NCBI GenBank assembly: GCA_965235115.1
Contig: OZ249440.1
Location: 35,528,001 to 35,592,000, forward strand
DNA length: 64,000 bases
Source: Laetmonice hystrix
Lineage: Eukaryota
Direction of reading: 5' to 3'
Position numbers and translations under genes: made by a program. Of this stretch, positions 35,802 through 48,198 are shown one piece after another. Positions within the stretch are counted from its first letter, which is position 1. The number at the start of each line of letters is the position of its first letter. Below the pieces are notes generated by a model. It was not told where the DNA came from. It saw only the letters and a program-made list of their open reading frames with translations, and did not search any database.

Positions 35802-36863
35802 TTAGTATTTCTCCTCTGCAACTTAGGGATCTTATATTTTGTATTAGATTATTATGAAACGATTGGTTTGTAAACTTAGGGAAGTGATAACTCAGAGATG
35901 CCACTCTTCCACTTTTTCTCTCCTCCCCTCAAAAATGTTTTTTTCCCTATAAATATTACTAATAAAACTTATCTTCCTGCAATTCAAGTGTACCAGGGCG
36001 TTCCGATACGATTCTATGTGTAACTTATAACGTTAGGCCTATATCGCGTAGATCTACAAACTACTGGTTCCCATCCTAATGGATGGCATCTGCATCTACC
36101 CAGCCTCTCCCTAAGTGCCTGCCCCTGGCTGCCGGTAGTACGGGCTATCGAGCGCTGCCACGCCGGCCTCGGCTCCCCTTTAGCCCGTCGACCTGTTCCA
36201 CTATTTTTCCACTTTTTAGTGGAACTTGGCAGTAGTTAACAGTCTAGCAAAATAGTGAAATACGGGCAAAACGGCTGCTTGTTGCTGATTGGTCCAAAAT
36301 CATTTGGATGGTTGGACCAGTGATAGGAATCCAATCTCTCTTTAATCGTGAATGAAGACGCAATCAGAGAAAAACTTTTACTGAATTTAGCTTTATTTTC
36401 ACCAGATTCGAGAAATATTTTAACGCCAGTTGTTTAATAGGCCGCCTTGGCGCCAAGAGCATGGCTATTCTATCATGTATCCTTTCAGCACAGTGTTTTA
36501 CCGCTAGTCGGTGTAACGCTATGGAGAAGTGGCGCTCTGATCGTTAATGACCAGAGCATGGCAGGGTTACCACACAGACGTTGCAGCAACGATTCCACCC
36601 CCCACCGTCTGCCTCTGTTATGCTGTTATGCCCAGACGCCACATTTGTTCGGGTGACCACTAGTATTGTTATTGGTGTGGTAAACCCCAGGATTCAGAGT
36701 GGCAACACATCAGAAGGACTTACAGCCATCCTCAATAGGTTTATGGGGCGAGGAGAGGGCCATTGTTGGCAAAAATGTATATTTTAGATTTTCCACTTTT
36801 TTTTTCAAAGTGGGAGTGGCAACTCTGATAACTAGCTAGGTAAACGTAAATACATTATCCTTA
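35802..36863 (-). mobile_element. Partial LTR, paralogous to 52462-52583, interrupted by a TIR element
   Basis: 35802-35892 plus 36834-36863 reproduce 52462-52583 almost exactly. Confidence 0.7.
35893..36827. mobile_element. 935-bp non-autonomous TIR transposon (P- or hAT-like termini)
   Basis: CAGAGATGCCACTC ... GAGTGGCAACTCTG; duplicated ATAACT; empty site present at ~52545. Confidence 0.85.
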
Positions 36864-39658
36864 AAGCAGCAGTCTCGTCCGTTAGACCATACTCGACCTA
36901 TAAAACAATAGTATCCACTACCATAATTATATAAGTTTATAAGTATACACGTTTTGTTACAATATGTTTTGAAGGTAAATCGTTATTTTATATATATTCT
37001 TTTAAACCACACCGGACATTCCTTAAACGGTTACAAGGATCTGAATTACTACTTTAAAGAATTGAAAAGTAATATAAATGTAGATTACTAAACCATCCAA
37101 TTTTTTGTCCGTTTTGCGCCTATTTTATATTAAAAAGCCCGTTTTCGTTCACCTGCACTGTATCATCCCGAAGCAAATGGCCCAATGCCAGAAATTGAGT
37201 CACGTGACCGATGACGTGTCAACATGTGCAGAGCTCGGCAACATGGCCAACATGGCATCTAGATCTACGGAGAAGACCGATAGTTTCTGATGAGATACAT
37301 TACTAGTATTAGTGGGGATGGGGAATCCGATCCAAGCCTAGGTTTAGATCTAGGAAATGTTGTTGAGCCATAGGCCTAATCTATATCGAGTAAAACCAGA
37401 CTAGAGGTCTCAGACTCAGCAGAATCGGATCATGAGAACGTCGAAGACGAAGCCCTCGAAGTTGAATGGCTTGATCTTGACTTGATCACATTGATCAATG
37501 AATCTGTGCCTGCTGTAACAAACTGTTAGTATCCCCTTTAGTTCATTAACACGTCTAGCCCTAGGTACTAAGGTAGGTAATTACAGCAGTAGGTTGTTGT
37601 CTAGGCTATTTACCGTGGTAGCTAATCCTCGCTAACCCGAACCGGGCACTGACACTCGCTCGCGCGGCTGGCATGCATGGCTGCGTGGCATAGACACTGC
37701 GCGCCCCAGGCGGGCCCCGCCCTGTTTTTCTGTTATTCGTCGATCTTGTTTCCACCACGGCGGCCTCCATATATTCTGGTCCTAAATAAACTAACTATAG
37801 GTAGCCTATAGAATCTAGATATTGATTTTTCCCTTTGGCATAGGCATAGCCTTGCTAGATCATTGCCTATAGCCTAGATTGTGTGCAAGTTGACAACTGT
37901 TGAGGGTCTGCAGTCGCTGAGCCGAGCCAGCCTCCGAGGCTGTGACTGCGAGCCCGGGACGTGGGCAACCTGTCCCGGCGGATAACGCCTACCGTCTACC
38001 CTATACTATAGGCTATAGGACTAGATTTCATTTGTTTCTGGAAGAGCATGCCCCAGGGCTGTAGTGTGAACCCCTGTGCAACCGCACAAAATTGTCAACA
38101 TAGCCCATGACTATGTTAACCGTCCCCGCTTTGCCTCGCCAGCCGAATAGTCACCGGGACGACAGTCGACGGTGTCTAAAACACTCCCAACTCGTTCACG
38201 GCCGACCCATGGACGGGGACGGGGGTAGACTAAAATCCTGTCCGAATTTTGTCAAAACTCAGAATGATAAATGGGGTTGGGCCGGGTGGGATGGATAATT
38301 TTTTGCTTGCCTTGGTCATTTAGGCCTACTCTTGGGTTAACATACATGTTAGGACAGACTGCTTGGACCTTGGTCGAGTTTTGTGCCTGACCGGCTGACG
38401 GGAGACCGGTCCTGGTTTGGCCAACGATACACGCCCACATGATTGTCCACGCTTCTCTTACCACAACATTGCGGCACACCGCCATCTATTCACTCGTTTA
38501 CTCCACTCATTGCCCTTGACACCTGGATTTACCTCTGTGGCAATGGAATTTGAGGATGATCATGTCAGGCATATCCCGAAAACAACACACGGCCGACTTT
38601 AGCCTACTACGGTCACAGTCATAATGGCGGCTCTGCACATGTTGACACGTCACACTCCGGAGTCTACCGAAGATTGACGAGGATTAGTGAGATTCCAAGA
38701 TTGTCATATATAGAGGTATAAATGTGGGTATATTTAATAAAGTGCTTTTTATTTTCACAAAGCTTGCAGGGGATGATTTACAATAAGTTTCAACGATGCT
38801 CTTTCAAAAGAAAAAAAGTACCATTAATTTCAGATCCTTGTTACACTTTAACTCCTGACCACAACCTGGAATGCAGGGTGGCCGCCATGTTGTCTTCCTC
38901 CTGACTCACTAGAAACCATTTGTGTCATTGCATCAGCATAAACCTTATTGGAACGATCAGCATGACTAAATAAATGAGAGGCTCAAAATATATTATTTCC
39001 ACCATGTAGGGTTACAAAAGAAATATCTAAACAAAGTTAAAGTACATTAATATATGTGACACTGCACGCGATTTCCAGTCTTATGGGTCAAAAAATCGAT
39101 TTTGAGCTTGAGTACCCAGAAGATAGTGTATGACATGAGATTTCAAAATCTTTTTACAAAATTAAAATCCGATTGGTCAAAGCCGAGATATCGATGATTT
39201 CGTGAATGAATCTCCATGGTTACATAGTGCTCAAGTTTAGACTCAAAAAGCAAGTCTGCCCAAACTCTGTTCAGTTAGACTTCTAAGCTCTTGGTCTATT
39301 TATCCGAAGTGCATTAACCAAACGAAATCAAGGCTAATCATACTAGATTTTAATTATTAGTGTTCCTAGACATTTTAGGAAAAAGTGGAAATGTGACTTT
39401 TTATGGTTACCATGGTAACGGAATCGATTTCTGGCAAAAAATCCGATTTTAAGAAAAAATATGAATTATCCTTTGTGTGTTATCAAATATGATAGTCTGG
39501 ATGAACTCAGGTGCTAAAAAAAAGTTTATCAATTTTACAGGTTGCCATGGAAACAGTTTAATATTCAGGGGGCCCGCTGGTGTACCTTTGTCTCCCGCCC
39601 AAAGTGACCACCGGCGTCCATTTTCACTGAGCATCCATGCTGCGCAATGATTTACTAA

Positions 39659-41948
39659 GGGCGCGGTCCACTGTCCCGATCATCGGGCCCGATCTCGACC
39701 TACGATCCGATCGGGGGCGATCGTTTGTTACCCCCGATCGATCGGTATAGTGGACGTAAGGATCGTTCCCGATGTAAGATGATCGGATCCGATGATTTCA
39801 CAGGCCCGATGGCTCAGTGGTCTGACGTACGGCAGGCCCGTAGCCAGGGTTTTTTTTTTTGGTTTTTTTTTTGGGGGGGTGCATATCCAGGGGCTGATCT
39901 AGGGTCTATATTCGGGGGGGGGGGGGTCCTAAAAAGGGCAAATCGGGGGGGGGGGGGGGGTCTGTTGTAAAAACAAAAGGCATTTTGGTTATAAAATATT
40001 TTGGGGCAAATTTGAGGGGGGGGGGGGGGGGTCCGGACGTCGCCGACACCCCCCTGGATCCACCACATTATGGAGAAGAAGGGATATTTTTGCATTCGGT
40101 TATCTCTGTCTAGCTGGCCTAATTTGGGCGGTAAAGGTGCTTACCAACGTCCCCAAAAACAATGGGGAAGGGAGGAGCAAGAGGTTCGCAAACCAAGGCC
40201 CTCTTCGCGGTGTATGCCTGCAGAGGGCCGTGATGATCAAGGCTGAATCATAGCCTACCCAGCTTTGAACGTTCTGAGTAGGGCAGTCGGGGGCGGATTC
40301 AGGAATTTGGGGGAAGCCCCCCCCCCCCCACGATGCGAGCCTTGAGTAGGGAAGAGGGGTCTGAAAAAAAAAAGAAAATTAAAGTGCCGCGTTTCCCTGG
40401 CATCTGAGAACGAAATGCAAGGTGTTATCTTAGTTAGGCCGAGGGCCTATTGCTACAAAAATGTTTTTTAATGAACAGGGGAGCGTGCTGCCACCCCCTC
40501 CCGCTAAATCTGCCTGTGGCAGTGCACCAGGTAAAAATCTGTTGAAGACGTTTTTTGCACGTAATAGAACATGCAAGCAGCATTTATCTTATGTATTTAT
40601 ATGATAATCAGTGGGTTCAAACCAAGCATAGAGTCTACACCCCTTCTTGGCAGTCACAACTGCAATTTTGCGCCAACCTGGATCCGTCTCTGCATGGGAT
40701 TTGGATTACTCTGCATATTTATGTAATGAACAAGATATTGGGGGGGGGGAAGTGATCCAGGCATTTGCGAAAGGGGGCTGCAGAGATAAAGCTAAGATAA
40801 AATTCTATGAGGACCTGCCTAGGCCTATACTTTGTGCCTGCGGGGCTTGTGAGCTTCGCGCCTATAGCTATGCATGGCGCCGATGGTACTATCACGTACG
40901 CTATAGGAGGCTTTTTTTAAAGCATTTTGTTGTAATCCTGGTTTCAGGGTCCGAATAATGCATCTTCATAAAAAAAGTGAGGGAAAGGAAAATTTAAGGG
41001 GGGCTAGGCCCCTTGACCCCCGGATCCCCCAGTGAACTATGATCATATTTATCATATATTTTCGCCCTTTACTGGCTTTTTTATGTTTTTGCCCGATGGT
41101 TAGCCTCCCTAAAACATTCCTGGATAGCCCATGGATCGCACTGGCGGATCCAGGGGGGTCACATGTGGTCTGGACCTTTTTGGCGCAGGGGCGCGCCCCC
41201 CCCCTTCCGGTCGTCGCAAGATAAAACCTAGAGACAACGTTGTGTTGCTGTTGGACTTGAGGCTCAGGGCCCTTTTTAAGGCAGGAGGCTTTTTAAAATA
41301 ATGTTGTTAGAATGCTGTCGTCAGGGGCATCTTGATCCCCTCAAAAAAAAAGGAGGAAAATTTAGGAGGGCCCAGGGGCCCGGGCCAGGACACCCCCTCC
41401 CCCCCATGCAGTATTGATGTGAGTTACCGTTTTATTGGAGGAAATGAATATATACATAATGAAATTGTCTGTGATTGAATTTTTGCACCCCCCCTTAACA
41501 AAATTTGCTCCCCCTTAACCAAATTCTGGATCCGCCAGCTGATGCCTACTTCAGACTTTTGACATCGGTCGTGAAAACCTTATTTTGTGCTCCAAAATGC
41601 ATCGGATTTCACCAAATTACACCTTGAATTTCAAAATTTTCCGGGGGACATGCCCTCGGACCTCCCTAGCAAGGCTTTGCGCCTTGGGCGCTTGCGGACT
41701 TCGCGCCTTGGGCGCTCGTATACAGTCACGCCTGTTGGATGCCAAAGGATAACGTTGGACCCCCACTTGAAAAACCTGGATCCGCCCCCTGGATCGGTAC
41801 CAACCGAGGTGGATTTCAATCGGTACCGATCACTCGGGACAGTGGACGTTAGGATCGGTTTCAAGTAATCGGGTACGATTTGGGGGCCGATCCTTGCAGT
41901 GATCGGTGCCGATCCGATCGAGCACGATCGGGACAGTGGACCGCGCCC
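39659..41948. mobile_element. PIF/Harbinger-like non-autonomous element with GATC-rich subtermini, filled with nested hAT-like G/C-run MITEs
   Basis: TIR GGGCGCGGTCCACTGTCCCGATC at both ends with CTAA/TTAA flanks; internal CAGGGG/GGATCCGCC-type ends. Confidence 0.75.
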
Positions 41949-42849
41949 TTAACCCAATCAACTGATTTTTAACTATAATTGAGCTGCTGCTGACTCTGTG
42001 TGAGCTTTGATCATGGTGAAATGTTGGTACATGAGTTGTTTGCAATATTGGAAGAAACTATTGTACATACATGTATTTACCTTGTTTGCTGGGGCTTCCG
42101 GGCTAGAGCCATTGGCGAGGTCATTGTCCCCAACAGCAAGGAGCGCTGACGAGTAATAAGGCTCCTCAGGATCCAGGCTATCGGGAAATCCCCTATTAAA
42201 AGCATTATCTTCAAATAGAGAAAAGAGCCTGGATAGATTTGTGACCAGTGTTTTCAGTGTGCTATTCTTTGTTAAACTATTTAAAATTAAACGAATTTAT
42301 GAAGTTTAATTATAATCATACTAGTGCTACTTTAGGTCACGAAGTAGTGTGGCTTAAGGCCGGTGGCTGAGCGTAGATTCCTCAGTTTTTTAACAGCGCT
42401 GTGAAGTAATCTTTCCGTCCTTTGGGTGGGCACTTTCGCCCCAAATTAAGAGCAGTTCACTGCATAGAACTCTCCTAATTGACTGTGAGCAACAAGCTAA
42501 GGGTGGGCCACACTACTTCGTGACCTAAAGTAGCACTAGTATGATTATAATTAAACTTCATAAATTCGTTTAATTTTAAATCACACTACGTGACTACTTG
42601 AAGTAGGTCACGAACGTGTGGCTTCTTCAACTCGTGCGAAAGATTACTTTATCCCGTAGGCTATTTATATTTCCGGGATCGTTGAAGTAAGATGTGAGAC
42701 AGAGGTGAGTACGGAGAATCTTTATTAACTACGAAAGCTTCACGGGAGCATGAAGCTTCCGTTCTGCCCCCCCCTTCTTCCTCCAGTAGTATTGAAGGGG
42801 GAGTGATTCCTACTTAGGTACTAATTAAATCCATGCACACAGTGTGGAT

Positions 42850-43210
42850 AAACGTATCAAGTTACTACACCTGGCTATGTCTCCGTTCGAGGAAGCTCTC
42901 TATAGAGCTATATGCAGTAAGGCAACAAAGTGAAACTTTTAACGTACCAAGTTACTCCACCTGGCTATGCCTCCGTTCGAGGAAGCTCTTTAGCTATGCA
43001 GTAATGCAACAAAGTTAAACTTTTAACGTATCAAGTTACTACACCTAGCTATGCCTCCGTTCGAGGAGGCTCTCTATATAGCGTATATGCATTAATGCAA
43101 CAAAGTTAAACTTTTAACGTATCAAGTTACTACACCTGGCTATGCCTCCGATCGAGGAGGCTCTATATATAGCTATATGCATTAATGCAACCAAGTTAAA
43201 CTTTTAACGT
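42850..43210. repeat. ~90-bp tandem repeat x4 with GCCTCC-loop-GGAGGC hairpins in the DIRS 3' UTR
   Basis: AACGTATCAAGTTACTACACC-like unit starts at ~42851, 42941, 43025 and 43116. Confidence 0.9.
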
Positions 43211-46200
43211 GTACTACCCGCTGAGTGAGACGTAAAGTTTGGGATAAAGTTTGTCTCCGTGGCGGTTGCCAATGGTCTGTCATAGAAACGACCGAAAGTG
43301 TTCGGCGACCCCCAGCTGGCCGCAGCCATAATGAGGCCGAGGGGTACGTTCCCTCGCCGGGTGGCGCTAGTTGACGCATGCCGACACGTGTACGCCGTGT
43401 AATTGTCTGTGTCCACCCCAGCCTCAGTTAGTGTCTGCTTCACGTAACGCGACACCGTGTCCGCCGAAGCCCAAGTGTGAGGGGGTCTCACTGTACCAAC
43501 GACATATGGCCGGGCTGCTGGTGTTTGTTCAATATAATGGCCGAGATGGGAGTAAACACATAGTTCACGGGTATTGTATTTACGGAAGTGAAGCCGTAAC
43601 GGGTTTGTTCTGGGGTCGTTTGTTTTAAGTTTTGTTGAGAACGTAATGGAGCAACTGTCATGTCCCCAGGTAATGTCGTCTGCCCTCAAATGATGCAGGG
43701 CCTGCAAGCGTTGACCCGTTGCCAAAAGGAATAGGATAAGAAAGCGTTTGGTCAGTTTATCCAGGGGCAGGTTTTCTGTGGGTCCCCAAGCGGTGAGGTA
43801 ATCCAATACCACAGAGGGATCCCAGGTAGAGGTGTAGCGGGGACGTGCAGGGCGCAGGTTGAAGATGCCCTTCATGAAGCGGGTTATGAGTGGATGTTCT
43901 CCAGCGGGTACGTGGTTGACGGTGATAAAGGCAGAGAGGAACGATCGTGCAGCATTAATGGATCCGTACGATCCACCGCCGTCGACCAGGACCTGGAGGA
44001 ACTGCAAGACCTGATCTGCAGATGGTGAAGTAGGGGATACGGAGTGAGACGTGACGAACTGTTCCCACTTCGCGAGGGCACAGGAATATTGTTTCTGGGT
44101 CGCAGTTGACCATGAAGCAGATAGAGTCTCCCATGTGGCAGGATGCAGGCCCATTGCCGCCCAAATGCCGCTCAAATTTGAATGACGTCGAGGAACATCC
44201 TGCCGGCAAGAGGGAAGGTGAAGGTGGAGTCTGTTGGCCAGTGGAGCGTGTCTGCGAGGACTGGCAGTGATATGGAGTGCCTGCTGGCCCTTTGCAGTTT
44301 TTTCAGGAGTGGGAACCAGGGTTGTGTGGGCCAGTGAGGCAGGACTAGTAGTCCGCGTGGGCGCTCCATCACTATTTTCTGTAGGACTCTGGATGCCAGG
44401 GCAAAAGGAGGAAAAAAAGAAACCATTAGTGTCACGCCAGGATAGGCTGAAGGCATCCGTGGCATAAGCCTTCCGCTCAAAGAACCGTGATACATATTGC
44501 TTACAGACATTATTATTTTCTGTGGCAAAATAGTCTATGGGCGGCATATTGAAATGTGTACTAATGAGGTCAAGTGCCATTCTGGACAGGGACCATTCGC
44601 CTGAGGAAGTGAAGAGTTGGGAAGCCTGATCTGCCTCATAGTTTTGGGCCGTTGGGCAGTAGTTAACAGACAGGGTGATGGCTCTCTGCGTACAAAACTG
44701 GTGTAGCTTTTCTGTTATGTCGTTGCACGATTGAGACTTAGTGGAACCTCCTTTGATGATGCACCTCATGGCCGTTGTGTTGTCGACAAAGAGCAGTATG
44801 TGCTTGCCATGTGCAGTCTGCCCCAAGTGAGACAATGACAGCAAGACTGCCGTAAGTTCAAGTATATTAATGTGACACCTGGCGGTCAGCTGGTCCCATT
44901 CTTCCCCATAACGCTGTCCAGTGGACTTGTCAAAGTACCCCCAGCCATGGGTAGAGGCATCAGTGTACAGGACTTTCTGTGCTACGCGGGGAAGGTAGGA
45001 CCGTGAGGCTGATCCCAGGTGGGTCACCCAGTACGTGATGCACTCTTTGATGGGCTGCGTGAGGTTGATCTTTGCACTGTAGTTGTCGCGCTTGAGGGCA
45101 AGGGCTCGCGTTTTGTCTATCTGTAGTCTTTTAACGTAGACATGAGCCCAGTCATTCCCACTGGAGGTGGCCACAAATTTCCCTATTAGCCGTGAAAAGG
45201 CCCTAATAGTTACAGCCTTTCTCCGCAAGAGATAATCTGCCAGCCCAATGATATCAGCACTTTTCTCTTCTGGCACCGACACAGACAGGTCAACAGAGTT
45301 AATCTCAAAGCCCAGGAATTTCACCTTTTGTGCAGGGTCCATAGCCGATTTTCGAGTGTTAATTGTGAAACCTAAGGCAGTGAGCGTTTTAACCGTGGTG
45401 GTCACCGCACGTGTCACTCCAGGAGGGCTGTCATCCATGACGAGGAAATCATCGATATAAAATGACAGGAGCAGGCTGAATTCCTCCCTGAGGTATGCCA
45501 AGACCGATTTCATAATCCGAGTGAAAAGTCTTGGTGCTGAGCTGAGGCCATTGGGCAGACAAGTGTATCTGTAGCGTCTCCCTTCAAACAGAAATTGGAG
45601 GAGATCTCTGTCACAAGGGCGAATAGACACGGAATGGTATGCTTGACTAATGTCAATGGTGGCCAGCCAGGAACCAGGAGTAATTACTTGCATGACATTG
45701 GGAATATGGTCCATCTTGAAGTGTCTGTAGCGGACATACTCATTAAGTTTCGTCAAGTTTAGAATCGGCCTGTAGTCTTCCCCGGACTTTTCCCGGAAGA
45801 ACAGGTGGGAAACAAATGAGCGTTGAGATGGGTAAGCCATCTCAATAGTTCCCTGTCTCAGCATAGTCTGTATCTGTTCTCTGAGTGCATCATTTTTGAG
45901 AGGCGATGATGATGTCGAGTCAGGGCAAGCCATCTGATTTGGGAGGTCAGTGAGCTCCAATGTGACTCCCTCTACCATATCGCACACCCATTGGTCTTTA
46001 ATGATAGTTCGCCAGTTTTGTACACAGCGGGAGGCACCCCCTGCCATAAATTCCGGTTGGGCATCAGGCAGAGGTGTGGGGGTTGGAGGTGTAAGGTTAC
46101 TCACCCCGATTAGAAGCCCTGGTAGCGGCCGCGGGCTTGGCCCTGCCTCGCACCCCTGCTGCGTCTCACTGGTCGGGTGCGGTCGGGCTGCTGTGACCGG

Positions 46201-46326
46201 TGTTGCTGTCGGCCCCGGCCTCGGCCCCGCCTGGCGTTTCCTTGGTGGGGGGCGTAGGGGTGATAAGCCGCCGCCCGTGCAGTCCCACGTCCCCGGCCGC
46301 GGCGGTGCTGTGTGCGGTTGTTCCAT
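43204..46326 (-). CDS. DIRS pol (RT, RNase H, Dam-like methyltransferase) running into the tyrosine recombinase through a +1 T slip
   Basis: YRPILNL, IDISQAY, LPNGLSSAPR, FYIDD, YTDAS..GWG, HINILEL, VDNTTA, IDYFA; YR GQRL, YTCRHAS, ASW, FGRFYD. Confidence 0.9.
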   Translation of the reverse strand: MEQPHTAPPRPGTWDCTGGGLSPLRPPPRKRQAGPRPGPTATPVTAARPHPTSETQQGCEAGPSPRPLPGLLIGVSNLTPPTPTPLPDAQPEFMAGGASRCVQNWRTIIKDQWVCDMVEGVTLELTDLPNQMACPDSTSSSPLKNDALREQIQTMLRQGTIEMAYPSQRSFVSHLFFREKSGEDYRPILNLTKLNEYVRYRHFKMDHIPNVMQVITPGSWLATIDISQAYHSVSIRPCDRDLLQFLFEGRRYRYTCLPNGLSSAPRLFTRIMKSVLAYLREEFSLLLSFYIDDFLVMDDSPPGVTRAVTTTVKTLTALGFTINTRKSAMDPAQKVKFLGFEINSVDLSVSVPEEKSADIIGLADYLLRRKAVTIRAFSRLIGKFVATSSGNDWAHVYVKRLQIDKTRALALKRDNYSAKINLTQPIKECITYWVTHLGSASRSYLPRVAQKVLYTDASTHGWGYFDKSTGQRYGEEWDQLTARCHINILELTAVLLSLSHLGQTAHGKHILLFVDNTTAMRCIIKGGSTKSQSCNDITEKLHQFCTQRAITLSVNYCPTAQNYEADQASQLFTSSGEWSLSRMALDLISTHFNMPPIDYFATENNNVCKQYVSRFFERKAYATDAFSLSWRDTNGFFFSSFCPGIQSPTENSDGAPTRTTSPASLAHTTLVPTPEKTAKGQQALHITASPRRHAPLANRLHLHLPSCRQDVPRRHSNLSGIWAAMGLHPATWETLSASWSTATQKQYSCALAKWEQFVTSHSVSPTSPSADQVLQFLQVLVDGGGSYGSINAARSFLSAFITVNHVPAGEHPLITRFMKGIFNLRPARPRYTSTWDPSVVLDYLTAWGPTENLPLDKLTKRFLILFLLATGQRLQALHHLRADDITWGHDSCSITFSTKLKTNDPRTNPLRLHFRKYNTRELCVYSHLGHYIEQTPAARPYVVGTVRPPHTWASADTVSRYVKQTLTEAGVDTDNYTAYTCRHASTSATRRGNVPLGLIMAAASWGSPNTFGRFYDRPLATATETNFIPNFTSHSAGSTR

Positions 46327-47558
46327 GCAGCCAGAGAGTCAAACGCCGTTTTGTTGACTTCGGTGATGGCGGCCATGCGTTCTCGCAGATTTTCGCCCAG
46401 CAGGTGGCCGAACCCCTGCGACCCGTTGTTGGCCGCCAGGGGTTGCATGGCAGGTTGTAGGCATCGCCTCACGTGGTCACGGCGTGCGTTATTGAGCATG
46501 ATACTGCAGCGTGCCATCAACTTTAGGGAGGTGACACAAACTTCCGCCATTGTCTGGATGGGTGGTGTCTCCCCACGATCCAGAGACTCGAGAAGATGCG
46601 CCAGGGGCCGTGCAGCAAATTGCAAACCCCACTGGGCACTACCCAGAAACGAGTCTTTGTCGGTTACGACCTTGGGGAGTTTGGCCGCAATTTCCTCATT
46701 AATTCGGGTTTTCTGAAGGCAGGGCAGGTTGGCGGGTCTTGGTAGAGAGGCGTATATCTGGCTTGTCTCCTCCTTAGACATGGGGTTTTGCCAGATGTTC
46801 TCCAAGAGGATTGCGACATTCTCTGAGAGGGCCGGTCCAACGGCGTCTAGAGGAGCTCTGCTTGGTTGACGGAACTGAGCCAATATGGAGATGGGCGCAG
46901 CAGCAGCGCCAGGAACTGGGGTGGCCGCGGGATCCTGACGTATAGGCAGATGTGCAGCCGGCATCACGGGCAACTTGGGCTGCTGGGATGCCACTGTCGG
47001 TGGATCACGGCTGACGCACGCCGGTGTCTGGGCGAAAGGTCGTCCCGTAACGGGAGGGGTGGAGGCCACAGAAACGGGGGTGCCTACCTGGAGCCCACGG
47101 TCGTCCGCGTCAGGTGGACCGCCAGATGCGGCGGCTGGCGCCGGTCGCGGGGCTCGAGTGGTCGGTAGGGTTAGCAGTTCAGGAGAGTCATGCTCCAGAG
47201 GTCTGACGAGGCCTATATCGCAGACATCTCTGTGGCCCCCAGTGATGTCAATCAATGCCTCCGGGCTAGGGACGCTCGGTAGGCCCATATGGGTAGGCCT
47301 ACTGTCGAGATGCACAAGGTCCTCGTGGCCTATCGGACGGAATGGCGTAGGTTCCGCGTCCATACCCTCCGTGGTCTGTTGTTCAGGCCGGTCATGAGGC
47401 TCCGGTGAGATGGAATGCACCGGGCGGGACCTGGCTTGAGCCTGGTGCATCTGGGCCCTACGTACAAAAGTCTCCAGGTATGAATGCCCTGGTGCCAATT
47501 GCTGCGGGGCTTGGTTGGCAACTTCATGCAATGTCTCAGGGATAGTTACGTCCGCCAT
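46110..47558 (-). CDS. gag: DIRS gag-like ORF (482 aa) overlapping pol
   Basis: Position upstream of and overlapping pol; RPANLPCL..INEEI, LNNARRD, LLGENL; Arg/Gly-rich C-terminus. Confidence 0.8.
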   Translation of the reverse strand: MADVTIPETLHEVANQAPQQLAPGHSYLETFVRRAQMHQAQARSRPVHSISPEPHDRPEQQTTEGMDAEPTPFRPIGHEDLVHLDSRPTHMGLPSVPSPEALIDITGGHRDVCDIGLVRPLEHDSPELLTLPTTRAPRPAPAAASGGPPDADDRGLQVGTPVSVASTPPVTGRPFAQTPACVSRDPPTVASQQPKLPVMPAAHLPIRQDPAATPVPGAAAAPISILAQFRQPSRAPLDAVGPALSENVAILLENIWQNPMSKEETSQIYASLPRPANLPCLQKTRINEEIAAKLPKVVTDKDSFLGSAQWGLQFAARPLAHLLESLDRGETPPIQTMAEVCVTSLKLMARCSIMLNNARRDHVRRCLQPAMQPLAANNGSQGFGHLLGENLRERMAAITEVNKTAFDSLAAWNNRTQHRRGRGRGTARAAAYHPYAPHQGNARRGRGRGRQQHRSQQPDRTRPVRRSRGARQGQARGRYQGF

Positions 47559-48198
47559 TGTGTAAAGCGTTAGCTAGAGTGAGACGATAGGACACGAGAT
47601 AAGACCCCTGGTTGGGGTTAAGAAGTGCGAGGGCCAGGTCTTTAGATGCTGACGCCGGAGGCACTTTAATTGGGTTAATTGCTGTCAACATTAAACACTG
47701 CTGACCGTCCCAGGCCCATGACCTCAAGGCGGGCCACCCCTGAGATACATTTGAGTATACACATATCTGTTAAACCGCTTGACCCAGAGGTCAGCCTACC
47801 GCACTGCCAGTGCTGTTAGCGTGCATCTAGGCAACTTCTCCTAACTGGTAATCTTATAAAGGGGTACGTTGCAAGGGTAATGCAGGGTAAAGGCATAGTA
47901 TCGTACACCCAGATATAGTTAGGGTGCGTAAAATAATGATTAGGGCTTGGCTTAGTGAAGCAGCTGCCGAGGCTGAACGGAATATAACTAATGCAGCGAT
48001 AAGACATTGGCAGCTTCTCATCAAACACATAACACTCCTGAGACGTCACTGAACGTTAGTACAACGTTGCTGCAACGCGACAGAACCGTTATGCGTTTGC
48101 TGAAGTTCTTATCATTCGCACCGAGGGTGTGTATGCAACCCCGTGGGTAATAAATGCTGTGGGGTGGGGCGCACGTGTTCGTGCTACCCGACCCAGCA

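Noticed and set aside
45950..47397. Plus-strand ORFs antisense to DIRS gag/pol
   Set aside because: Shadow ORFs of GC-rich coding sequence.
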